Below are positions 37,801 to 49,515 of a stretch of 64,000 nucleotides of DNA, one piece after another. The translations under genes were made by a program, and so were the position numbers. The DNA comes from Balanoglossus misakiensis (taxonomy: Eukaryota > Animalia > Hemichordata), in NCBI GenBank assembly GCA_040954595.2, contig CM082592.2, forward strand, positions 8,667,677 to 8,731,676, read 5' to 3'. A model generated the notes under the pieces. It ran no database searches. It saw only the letters and a program-made list of their open reading frames with translations, and had not been told where the DNA came from. Positions within the stretch are counted from its first letter, which is position 1, and each line of letters starts with the position of its first letter.

Positions 37801-40748
37801 GAGAATGATGCTACATAAATGACAAATAATAAGAATTCCTCTGAAAGTCAACAAACAGTAAAAAACAAACCTGCTCTCTTCCTTCTGCAGTTGTACACTG
37901 ACAATCACAGACAGAATACGTACAAAAACGAAATCATCATTCCCATGCTAGTGTCCTGGAGACACTCGGACGTCGTCAAGAAAATCTTAAAGACGAGCGT
38001 AATCGGAGGTTACTACACTTACCCACCGTTGCCAACCAATGTCCAGGACTACGAGAGAAAACATGCTCTGGACAATGTGTTTAGAGTATGTTAACCTTAT
38101 TTCTCTGAAAATTCGGTCTCCAGCTTGACATTTTATCATAGCAAAATCATTACAATTTAGCGCATCAGAGATTTAAATCAATGGTTGGATCTATTCCTGC
38201 AGATTGTGCCCATTGACAGTCTACAAGTGGAATTGGAAAGGTTACATTACAGAGAGCACAGGAGGATCCTTGTACAGGGACACATTGCATCCGTCACCGT
38301 GGTGAGGCTGAGCAATAGTCAAGGTGAGCAAGGTCATGACCCCTGACCCCCAAACCCATATAAAAGGCTTGACCTCAGAGCCAGACATTCAGAAGGTCAG
38401 AATGCTGACTTTCATCCTTGTGAAACACTTACCATATTCTCTTTTTTATCAGCAGCATCAACTTCACATACTGAAGTGCCAACTTCTGTTAACAGTTCTG
38501 AGTCGTCTTCACCAGAGCAAATCATTTCACCCTTGCAGACAAGAACAGCGAGGAAACGTAAACGAGATGCCACTATCGCAGAACCAACCCACACTCTAGT
38601 GCTCAGGTACCTCAACTTGTTGTATTTCCTCTTGCCATTGGAGAGTTTTTCAAATTACGCATGTCTGTAAATTGACCCTCTCGCCACTATGGTTTGATCC
38701 AAACCCATTGTTTTCCGTGGTAAAGTTGGACCTCTGCAGAGGGAAATGGGGGTGGAAGGGTAAGGAGAAAGAATCCCACTGTCTTTGAAAGTGTAAAATT
38801 CTTTACGTCTGATTTTCCTCAGGAGTAGAGTAGTGACAGTGAAGCAGGACTTGAGACAAGTAGGAGAGAAGAAAACGGGAGAGGTCAGTGATAAGAAGAA
38901 GAAAGATTCACAACCGCGACAACAGAAGCAACCACCATCACCACAACAACAAGAAGATGAAGAAGAGACTGCTGAGGTACATGTAAGTATATGATTTCAA
39001 TGGAAACATTCTCTGCCCACACAAGAATTGTAGCCAAGATTTAGTTTTTTGTATCAAAGTGAAAGTATCAACCAGTTGACTTTTTTTTCAGGTACAAGAT
39101 GTTCAAACGGAGACTACTGACCCAAGACAACAACAACACATCAGAGATGTGTACTACATCGACCCCCAGTGGCCAGCTCTTCACCAGAGAATCACTGTGA
39201 TTGGTGAACCTAGTGTGAGCCAGATGGCATTACCAAGGGAGTATTCAGAAGGTCACGACGATATTCTGCAGCGTTCATTCGGACTGCAGCCGTCCAGGAT
39301 TCCCGATGATTTCCGGCCGATGGGAAAAATGCTTGACGGTAGGTCTTTCCGTGGCATGCTGTGGTGGAAGTTTGGATAAAGTTATAATGCCAGAGATTAC
39401 AGTAAGGAAAATGTAATCACAGAGGAGCACAGGTCTGGCTAAAGATGTATCTGTAGCTTTCACACCATTTCCCTCTATAGTGGTCCAATTGTATCATAGA
39501 AAACAATTGATTTGAGCCAAATATCGGTGGCGAGAAGGTTTAAAAATATATCAGATGCGACACACGCAATTAATTACAATATTCCAGTATGCCAAGGTCT
39601 TTTTAGCACATGCTGTGTGTTTTTTCTGTTTCAGACGTTCCCATACCAACAAGCATACAGGACTACTACGAGATCACATTAGAAGGTCTCAACAGAATGT
39701 CGGCTGTGAGGGCAGTGTTCATCCCAGTGAGGACAGACAGTGACCACAGAACAGCGTCACCAAACGCCAGTCTGCAGTCATTCTTATCCGAGCTAGCCAC
39801 AGGAACATCGCCACCAGGTAATCCGCGATCAGATTGTCTTCTCCGCCGTGAACCCTGTCACCTCATTAGTTGCCCCGGTAACGCAAACATAATGGGATAA
39901 GCTCCAGACTGGGACGGGTGGTTCTAATCTTGGGTATTCACTCTGATTATCTGATGATAATCTAATATGTTCCATTAGCATTCAGTCGCCTACCCCTACC
40001 ATGTATACACAGCTCTGCATGACTCTGACTTTGTGCTAGATTCAAAAGTCAAGATTTTTACGATTTGACCTAAAACGTGGTCGAAAAAATGACAGAGTGT
40101 GAAACGAAAGCTGCCAAGTGACATGCATTAGTCGAGTTATTCCATATTTGTGCTTCACAGACATCAATCATTCTTATCTCGACAACAGTTTTACTGCCAG
40201 CAGTCAGACCTTTTCACACCGAACCACAACTAGAACACTGATAATGACAGCAATATTGATGCCTGTGAATGTTTTTAATCAAATTGTATTGTAAAAATGT
40301 CTGCTCTTTCACACTTGATGATCAAGTATAGTGTTTTACTCACTTCAGAAAAATACAAGTATGGTGAGACAGTATGAATCTTGAAACCGCACACAAACTG
40401 ATGTTGTTACCAGTATTTAGTATGTGTGTAACTTCGAAAATTCTGCTCTCTATATTTCAGCCTAGCCACTCCCCTAGTTGCTTGTCATACTCAATCTTTG
40501 TTTTACTTTCTCCAAATCCAGCTACGGCTGAGAACAGAGACACAAGCTCTGCATCGAAACAGAGGAAGACAGGCAGAAAAGGCAAGAAGAAAACCAATCA
40601 AGACAAGCCAAGTACTGATCACAAGCAGATGATGGCCGCACACTTTGACGCAGCCAAAACCCAGCGTCTGATTGCGGTGTTGGACGTTTATGGCTGCGGG
40701 GATGGACAAGCAGAGATCGTCCTCAACAGAGCTTACGCTGTCGACTGA
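34810..40748 (+). CDS. RADX: RADX (CXorf57)-like RPA-related ssDNA-binding OB-fold protein. Approximate exons 34810-34950, 35111-35278, 35463-35596, 35732-35860, 36004-36188, 36399-36477, 36617-36847, 37012-37097, 37240-37336, 37511-37639, 37891-38086, 38202-38323, ~38452-38606, 38824-38976, 39092-39341, 39635-39817, 40522-40748
   Basis: VVAVERY...YDVTLTDG...KCIL, RPL...YLPLWNDDDPYG..W, PPLIGKIVSKARLYYYGK...PYQIHLEIADSSG.VS.ILW, CDVCGIVTFVGRWER and C-terminal LD...EIVLNRAY match RADX; middle exon boundaries are less certain. Confidence 0.85.
38672..38763 (+). mobile_element. MITE-like element copy 3 (RADX intron)
   Basis: ccctctcgccactatggttt...cattgttttc...gttggacctct...agagggaa...ggggtggaaggg resembles copy 1. 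Confidence 0.6.
39458..39543 (-). mobile_element. MITE-like element copy 4, degenerate (RADX intron)
   Basis: tttcacaccatttccctctatagtggtccaa...tagaaaacaat...ggtggcgagaaggtttaa resembles copy 2. Confidence 0.5.
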
Positions 40749-41654
40749 GAAGTCATTGCATTGGCACGGTTGGAAGTCCGCATCGCCGATCCGCGATCAC
40801 CCAGGTCAAAGGCCAATCTTTGATATTTACATACACTTTGTATATACACGATAATCAAGTATGCCATTTTCACCTGATAAATATAACTGCCATAGAATAG
40901 TGTTTCAGATGAGGCTTTAGCTGTACTGTTAGAAATGGTGGACCTTATCAGATTGGCTGATTGTATGTCAAAATGATACGCAAGCAGCATTAATTTTGAG
41001 ACAATGGTTTTGTTTTATCAACAGCCTCCATTACATTTTTGGATCTGTGGGGTCCAAGTATAGTATTTGTATTGTAAATTGATGTTGACTGATATTCTGT
41101 GTATTTGAGCTGACCTCCGTATGCAGTGACCTCTTTTAGCCCTGTTCACGAGTTTTTTCTTAATAAAGTATATTTTCAACTTTTTCTTCTGGTACTGATC
41201 GTTTGGAACGGTGCCTGATTTAAAAAGTAAAAAAATGTAAAAATAGAATTTGCCTTACGATGCAACCTAGTATCGTAAATTTACTAACCCCCCCCCCCCC
41301 CCCCGAACAGATAAGATACCCTGTTTTGGAAAGTTTAGCTCCACCCAGGCGAAAAAAATGACCACTCCCTTGTTGTAACCTTTGGGTCACTGCAAAGTCC
41401 GATACCGGGGGGCTGCCCCACAAGTTCAGTTTCCGCTAATACTGAGGGTTTCATTGAATCAATTAAAATTTAACCTGTAAACTGCAGTGCGGTCGGCAGC
41501 CGTATTCCACAACTTCAGACAGGTGACATCGTTTCCCGTCCTTGCAAGACTCGAGCGCGTAACTAGCTACCGGGAAAATCAGGGATTTTTTTTACCCGTG
41601 GTTTAATACCAAGTTCTATCCGACAGCGTCCCGAGCGAGGAAACCGCGGTTAAA

Positions 41655-44600
41655 ATGTTAAAGATTTTGGTTAGTCTATGTCTCCTGGCGGACTACGTAC
41701 AGGCTTCGGGTAAGTCGTCGAGACACGATATTATGGTCTGACTGGACAACATGGCTCCAGGTGTAACCCGGTTCATATGATCGGGGTCATCAGACTCTTC
41801 TCGTCCTGCGATCATATTTATTTCCATTATATTATCCGCAATTTTCCAGTTATTTAGGCCTACTGCATCATTTTGCTAGTCGGAAAAACATACCAGTCAC
41901 GAATTCTGGTACTAGTTCCGCAAGTGAACTATCACCTCCAAGTTTTCTTTTCGGTTTGTTAGATCCAGGGGTTTGATATTGACTTTGCGATAAGATGTTT
42001 TCACGTGAAAAGAAAACATAGTGTTTTTCTTCCAAAGGGCAAGGTTATAATTTTAAAATTATCTGAATATTTTTGTTCCGCGCGGAGCGTTACTCAGATT
42101 GTGCAAAATTAATTTATTGGAAAAAAAATTAAATGTTTTAACCTTTACATGGTACGCGGAACACGATTTGGCATATTTTGGGATGATTGCGTTTTTATAA
42201 AATGCGTCCGCTTAGTATCCGCATAGTTGTACTTGGGAGATAATGTCATAATTCTGTCAATATTTGAACTAAAAACTAATAAATATAGTGGTTGCGTAGA
42301 ACGTGAAATATGCTGCGATTTTTTACAGTTTGGGCTTAAGGTTTTTCAAAAGTCTGCCGAGCTAACTTAATTTGTATCTTTTGTCTACAGGATGGGAGTA
42401 CACGGGAAACATGGGTAAGTTCTGTTTAATTCTTAGACTATCACATCCAGAATGCAAACTTGGCTTTGGTCGGAGCGACTGTTTACACTAAAACTAATCG
42501 TGTGCACAATATAGAGCCCCCCCCCCCCCCCCCCCCCCCCACACGCGTTATTTTGTCACGGCCATGCAAACTGTCCTCACGCCATGGTACTTCCAAGCTA
42601 TTTGTTAGACTGGGTCATACCAATTGGCCAACTGCAACTGAAGGTGGATCGACCACCTGTTGAATCTATATACAGAAATGCATGTGTGTTGCAAACTTGC
42701 TCGAATCTAACTCCAGCCTAAATTAACACAGTGCATTGATTTTTTACACATTCTTTTTACCCGACAAGTCAGAAGGAATTGTGAAGTAACCTTTTTTGGC
42801 TCGAACTGAATGGACGGCCGTTATCTCATTAAAGTTGTATAGGTCATTAGCACCATGGGTCATCCCGGGTCATTTTGGACGTGCACTTCGGCCGATCGAA
42901 CCCACCTGTCTCAAGGGACGAGTTATCAAAATGTTTTCTAATGATGTACTTGCGTGGATGGAAAAAATATCTCCCTTCTGTGTGTGAACGTTTCGTTGTG
43001 TGACTCGAACTATCCCGATGTTGAATATGACACTAAATTTCCAACCTTTTAAATTTATGGTGAATTTTTGGCAGTCGCAAAAGCTGCCAAATATGACACC
43101 CCACCCGACCCATTTTTCTTCATGGCAACCAAAGTTGGCAAATGTGGGCGTATCTTCTCATCAGCAAACACTACTTCGTTAATCTTGTTACTCAAACTTG
43201 ATGAAGGGGGATGACCAACACACCAATCCCATATACATGTACTCGGTTGAAACGCAAATAAACCCACGTATACACTGATATAGGCGCGGCCTACGTGAAA
43301 ATAATGTGCGTGTCAAAGGCAACTTGAATTGAAAGCGTGGTGTTTCGAAAAGAGTGATTATTCCTGCTCCGCATGCGGCACCCCCGGACCCTTATATTAC
43401 TCTCCGAGAATCTATACAACAAATACTTGTTGCACCATGGTTGTAATTGTGAAATTTTATTAAACGATTAATCTCAAATACTCTCCACAGGTCCCGAGCA
43501 CTGGGCAGACCACTATGATATCTGCGGACTTCAAAGCCAGTCGCCAATTAACATCGTCAAGGCAGACGCCGAGAAGAGAACGTGGGATCCTTTCGTTTGG
43601 ATCGGGATGAAAGGTCAAATGTTAGACGAAAGCAGGCCTTCTTCCATGCAAATCATCAATAATGGACACACAGGTATGTTATTCTCGTGCCTAGGCGAGT
43701 TGGGGGTGTGCAATATTTGTTTCCATACATCACTACTTTGCGAGGCAATAAGTTTGGATACAAAGCCTTGGTATCTAAGTGTCTGTGTGTGTGCGCGCGC
43801 ATGTGTATTTAACTTCTGAGCTACGGTACAAACGAGGGTGATGGTGAGAGATGCTTGTTATTAATGCATCCGAGAGCAAACTTTATTGGTTTGTTTAATT
43901 TGACAGTTCAAGTCAACCTGAAGGGGGACTATTTCGTGTCGGGCGGAGGTTTACCGAGTGTTTACAAGGCGGTCCAATTCCACTATCACTGGGGCAGCGA
44001 AAGTGATCACGGATCAGAACATCAACTGAACGGGAAAAGTTTTCCTGCCGAGGTCAGTTTGTGGGTTTATGCTGTTTCGCTATAATTGTTATAACAACAT
44101 GTTTGCGTACAGCTGCACGAACATAGGGTACTGGCGGCCGATTGATTTGTGAAAGTGTTTTTTTTTTTGTTTTTAGATGCACTTGGTCACGTATGACTAC
44201 ATCCGGTTTGAGAGTATTCAAGACGCAGTCGATAAGCCACGTGGGTTGGCTGTATTCGGGTCATTTATTGAGGTGAGATTTCACGAATTGCTGTAGTTAA
44301 CCATAAAGAGACAATTAACAAATATACTTACTTTATGCATATTTCAGGTGCTTATTTCCAGTGACGTGGAATACAGCTCTTTAATATGCATTTTACCCGC
44401 AAAACTGAATTTCTAAAGTCCCTGTATTCTATAGGTTGGCAGCAGTGAAGACAACACAGGCTTAAACGAACTATTCGACGGTGTGGACGAAGTTGAATAC
44501 AACGGTAAGCTTATGTAGACACATGCAGCACAAACATTTATACATTATTAAAAACAGGGGGTTATAACGGATAAGTATACAAATCATGAGCTTGGAAACA

Positions 44601-45887
44601 TCTTGAGCTTAGTGTAAACAACGAAAACAATCTATATTTTCTGCAGTTATCTGGAGTAGGCCTAGTTTTGTTTGTCACTAATAGTGATGAATCTCCACCA
44701 CTATAGGTGAGACATACAACTTCGAGTCGACTTTTCCGCTCTTCCCTCTGATGGCGGGAAATAAGAAAGTGTTCTACCGATACGATGGCTCGTTAACGAC
44801 GCCGCCGTGCTACGAAAGTGTGCTGTGGACTGTATTTGAAGAACCAGTAACGGTATCGGAAAAACAGGTGAGATGATAATAGCTATTGTTATGTTTATTA
44901 ACTTAGTTGCGGCTATACTTCCACCCCATGGATCAAGTGTGAAAGACAAACCACCTGTTGGAATGTCTTCGTATTGTTGTAGAGAAAAGGTACAACGTTC
45001 AAGAAATTTAGACAGAGTCGACCATCTTGGACGGTGAAATTTGCAAATGTACGTGCAGGTGTACATCACTGTCGAATTACAATGCGTGTCTCTCCGTGTG
45101 TCAGATGAATTTCTTCAGAACAGTAATGCAGAATGAGCTTGGAGAAGTTGTTCCGGAGACACACCCAGAACCACACGAGACGGCAGATGGTGGCGGCCAT
45201 CCTGCAGGACCCGAGCCAGATGCCCACGGCGGCGGCGATGACGGGGACAACGCCGGTCATCACGGAGACATGCCTGGCGAAGAAGACGCGGCGGGGGAGA
45301 GTTCCCATGGTGACGTTGCCCACGGCGACGTGCCGGATCCCCATCACGGCTTTCTGAGGCGCAGGAGGGGCGCGCGTCAAGGCAAGGATGGTGGCAGTGG
45401 AGATCCACACGGCGACGGGGGTGGGAACCAGGGCGGTGCACACGGGGATGCAAGCGGCGGTGCCCATGGAGACGTAGCCGATACCGGACACGATGGGGGC
45501 GGTCTTCACGGAGGAGAAATGGACCCGCACGCCGGTGGGCATGGAGACCCCCACGACGCTGGGCTCGGGACCAGTGGCGGGGACACCGCAACGCCAGGAA
45601 GCGACCAGACAGGCGATGCGGGCCACGAAACAGGCGGTGGAGGCCATGAAACCAACGATGGGATGATGAAGAAACCTTTAGTCAACAATTTCAGACCGGT
45701 TCAACCACTCAATGGTCGCAAAGTGTTTGTCACTTTCCTTCAAGAGCCGAAAGCCAAAACGCCCAATCAGGGGCGCGGGCAGGTGCAAGAACAGGGCCAG
45801 GCAGATTGCGAAAGCCAGGCAAATTCTACACCGACCTCTTTCTTGGTGGCCGTGGTTATGTCAATCCTTGCCTTGTTTGCAAGTTGA
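41655..45887 (+). CDS. Alpha-carbonic anhydrase A: signal peptide, large Gly/His/Asp-rich insert, predicted GPI anchor. Exons 41655-41709, 42391-42414, 43491-43673, 43907-44052, 44177-44272, 44435-44504, 44707-44867, 45105-45887
   Basis: [11 protein letters not shown] signal, WEY..GPEHW..C..QSPINI, NNGHT (His64), QFHYHWGS (His94/96), GSEH, EMHLV (His119), [30 protein letters not shown], hydrophobic C-terminus [15 protein letters not shown]. Confidence 0.93.
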
Positions 45888-47226
45888 TTCTTCTGTGAAT
45901 CGGGGAATTTCTCTTATTAACATTAAAATTGCCAAAATATTTGCTCTTGTCTGTCAGAACACCGCGGCCCCTATTTTAGAAACTGTCCCAGTAGTCCCCT
46001 TTCATACGTGTATTAATGTATAGAATTTAATTTTTATGTGTTTTTAAATGTATACATGTATTGTGACACTATGTGTCAAGAATGAAAACTGTATCTGGGC
46101 GTTGACTTCTTTTTAGTATTTTGATGAAGCGATTGAGGTAATCGTCCGTCATGTTTTAAGAAACGGAATTTCAAATTAAGCTGTGCGTGTGTTACATACA
46201 GAGAGACAGACAGAGAGAAACAGAGACAGGTAGTTACGGCAGCCCAGTGCATTGCAGTGCAGTGCATTACAACACCCTACATATCAATGTATAATTACTA
46301 TCCCTTTAAAGGCGACCATCACTTGAAAAACATATACGTGAATATAATATTAAATTTTATCTTCTAAGGGTACCCTCACAAGTGACATGGAAATAATTGT
46401 GGTTCACTAACACTGTATAATGAGTTGCAAATTTCGGGTGCTATTATTCACATGGTATGTTATTCACATTGAATATTATTCAACCTTCAATTTTTGTAAT
46501 TTAGACAATTTTTGTTATAATTGCAGAAAGTAAGTATGTTCGATATAAGCATTAACGAGATCACGACAATGTTGTCCTCACTGTAAGCCTTTACCCATCT
46601 TCATTTTAGGGGTTTAGTCCTTCTGGATATGTCACAAGACAAATCACCTGATGAATTTGTGATGTGAAATTACGTCATCGTCCGTGATCTCGCGAACGCG
46701 TCCAAATTATAGATAGCAAGGTAATGAAAAAAACCAAAGTGTTCGAAAGAGGTGAAAAACACACTTGACTTGAAGTGACTGCATTGATACAAAAAGAAAA
46801 ATGATGGCAACGATGATTAAACTTGTCAATTAATGTTGGAAAAAATGTGCCGTGTCCGTAGCCACTGATTAAATAATTTATCATAAGTTAAAAGCGTCGT
46901 TCATTTTTTTTAAATTCTTATGGTCCAGAAACAAATAAATTTTGTGTTGTCAACTCATTTGCAGATGAGTCCCTGGTGAAGGGTATATGCAAACTTTAAG
47001 TTAATTACGTTACGTGTTACTCGAATGATATTCAAACTTTAGGTTAAGAAAAATATTACAAATTAACACCCTCGTACAAAAAAGGTACCCTCAAATTTCA
47101 TGGTTTCAGGGGAAGCAAAACTTGACTTTATGATACAGCAGAACCCCGTATAGTTTAGAGGGGCAAAGCACATTTTGTTGCCACCCCCGTGGACGAGAAT
47201 ATTGCATATGTGCGTTCCAATCGCAG

Positions 47227-47234
47227 CATAAATA
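47227..47234 (+). promoter_or_regulatory. TATA-like element upstream of carbonic anhydrase B
   Basis: cataaata about 55 nt upstream of ATG 47286. Confidence 0.35.
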
Positions 47235-47285
47235 CGCCCAAGTCAGCAATTTGCAGCAAACAGTTTTTGACTACCCCGCGACAAG

Positions 47286-49515
47286 ATGAAGCTCCTGGCC
47301 ATCGTCTGTGTGCTCGCCGTCCTGAAAAGTAGCGCCTCGTTCTCTTTGAGATCGGGAAAGGGTGAGTATGCATCTCAGAGTGGTAAAGGTCACCAGCAGA
47401 AATACTGACTCCGCAGCGACTTGCGAACGACATTTTCGGTGTGCAGTTTTGGAGTTGTATGCTTGTTTTTGTGGGCCGACATGCACAGTTTGATAAATGA
47501 ATATCAGTAAGGTAAAAATGCTGTTGACCGCTATATTTTTAATTCCAGGTTGGGGATATCACTACTTTGAGGACGATGAATACGGTAAGTTTTTTCTTGT
47601 TGGTAACGTGCTAAATCATGTAATTTTGACATTCCAAAGGCAACTTAATCGGAGTAGAGAATATTGAAAAATATATAAATCATCGTCGTGAACCAGATAA
47701 TGCGTTTTCAGTCGTTTCTTCAAGCTGCGGCCGCGACAGAAGTGTGCCATGCAACAGTCACCGAGCGCCGGCCAACAACAACACATTTTTTTTCTCATAC
47801 GCCCCGATTGGTTTTTCCGAATACAGGTCCCGGAAATTGGTGGGAAGCTGACGAAAGATGCTTCGGTCACTTTCAGTCGCCGATTAATTTGAACGTGCAA
47901 GAAGCTACCAGCATGTGCATCGGTGACGTCACCCTCACTGGATTTGGTGATGATCCTCCAGAGGGCGCAACCATGACTGTGACAAACACAGGACATTACG
48001 GTATTTATTAATTAATTAATTAATTAATTAATTTGTTTGTTTGTTTGGTTTGTTTTATTTATATTTATATATCTATCTATTTATTTATTTATTCTTTTTT
48101 TAGAATTTGTTTTAACATTCAAAGGTTCTATTGTATTCCTTGTGTGTTGCTCGGGGTTTGTTGAGGGTTGTGTACGTTGAGAGATTGCATTGCGTTCTAA
48201 CACGGTGTCCGTTCTGCTCTGACCACCAAATACAGTGAAAATCAAGCTGTCAGGTGACTACCTCGTGACCGACGGGGGGCTCGACTCTGTGTACAAGGCC
48301 GCCCAGTTTCATTTCCACTGGGGAAACGTGGACAGTCGCGGATCCGAGCATTTCATGGAGGGAAGCCCATACCCAGCCGAGGTAACCAGGTGTATTCAGC
48401 CTCGTTGACTTTTAACATAGAATCGCACAAACGGAAACTTTCTACACCTATCATATACATAAATTAATGGTCGTTCACCGCTCGGGTGTATCTTTCATTC
48501 TGTTTTAATTCGCCTCCCGTTTTCAGATGCACATTGTGACCTACGACACGGCTAGGTTCGCCAATGATGGTGAAGCAGTCGGACAGGAACGCGGATTGGC
48601 TGTCTTGGGATTCTTCGTTGAGGTGAGTGACCGCCATCTCTGTTGCATCTCAGACATCTACAGTCAAGACGTATCCCATGTACAGAATGTCTTCACGCTG
48701 TCCTCTCTCCGTCTGTCACACGATCCGCATTCGAAAAATCAATTGCTGTTTAACAGTCTATGAAATTTGTTTAAAACCTGACGTTGTACACACACTATTG
48801 AACACTCACACAAGATTGAATTATGTCATTACTTGTGCCATTTAAACTTTTGTTGGACGCTTTTCTACAATTCCAGGTGGTGGAAGACGACAACCCGGCT
48901 TTTGAACCACTGCTGTCTCTCTTCGACGATATTGAATCGGAAGGTAAGTTGATCAATTCCTATCTATAACTTCAAAATTTGCTGAATATAAATGTTCTTA
49001 ATACGCTGAGGTGGTAGGAACTATTTTGGCTTTTGGACGACACCACTGCTTTACGTGACCGAAATGTGTCTCCTCAATCCTCATAGGTGGAAGTGCTCAA
49101 CTGGACGCACCAATCAGCATCGAGTCTCTGTTGCCGGCAGATAGATCTTCCTTCTACCGCTACATGGGATCCCTGACCACGCCCCCGTGCGCAGAAGGCG
49201 TTGTGTGGACCAACTTCAAGAACACAGTCAAAATGTCCGAAGCCCAGGTTGGTGATTAATATACGTTTGTGACACCAAACTGTCACCATGTTTGAAGACA
49301 GACAGACAGACAGACAGTGAGACAGACAGACAGACGTGCATCAATGAGAGGAAGATTACATTTTGTCATGACTAAATCCCACTTTCTATTTGTTTACTCC
49401 GATACAGCTCCAAAAATTCCGTGATTTGAAAGACGAACTGGAACATGGTATGCACGATAATTTCCGCCCAATCCAACGACTCAACGAGCGTCTTCTCATC
49501 AACAACGAATGTTGA
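47286..49515 (+). CDS. Alpha-carbonic anhydrase B, secreted. Exons 47286-47361, 47549-47584, 47827-48000, 48236-48381, 48527-48622, 48877-48943, 49087-49247, 49408-49515
   Basis: MKLLAIVCVLAVL signal, [66 protein letters not shown]; AATAAA at ~49535. Confidence 0.93.
48007..48093. repeat. Compound (TAAT)n/(TTGT)n/(TATT)n simple repeat
   Basis: Direct reading, intron 3 of carbonic anhydrase B. Confidence 0.8.
49297..49335. repeat. (CAGA)n microsatellite
   Basis: Direct reading. Confidence 0.85.

Noticed and set aside
40161-40203. Possible extra RADX cassette exon (DINHSYLDNSFTAS)
   Set aside because: Weak donor, and flanking exons 39817->40522 already join in frame
45066-45688. Long antisense and alternate-frame ORFs over the CA-A insert
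   Set aside because: By-product of GC-rich Gly/His/Asp codons lacking stop codons
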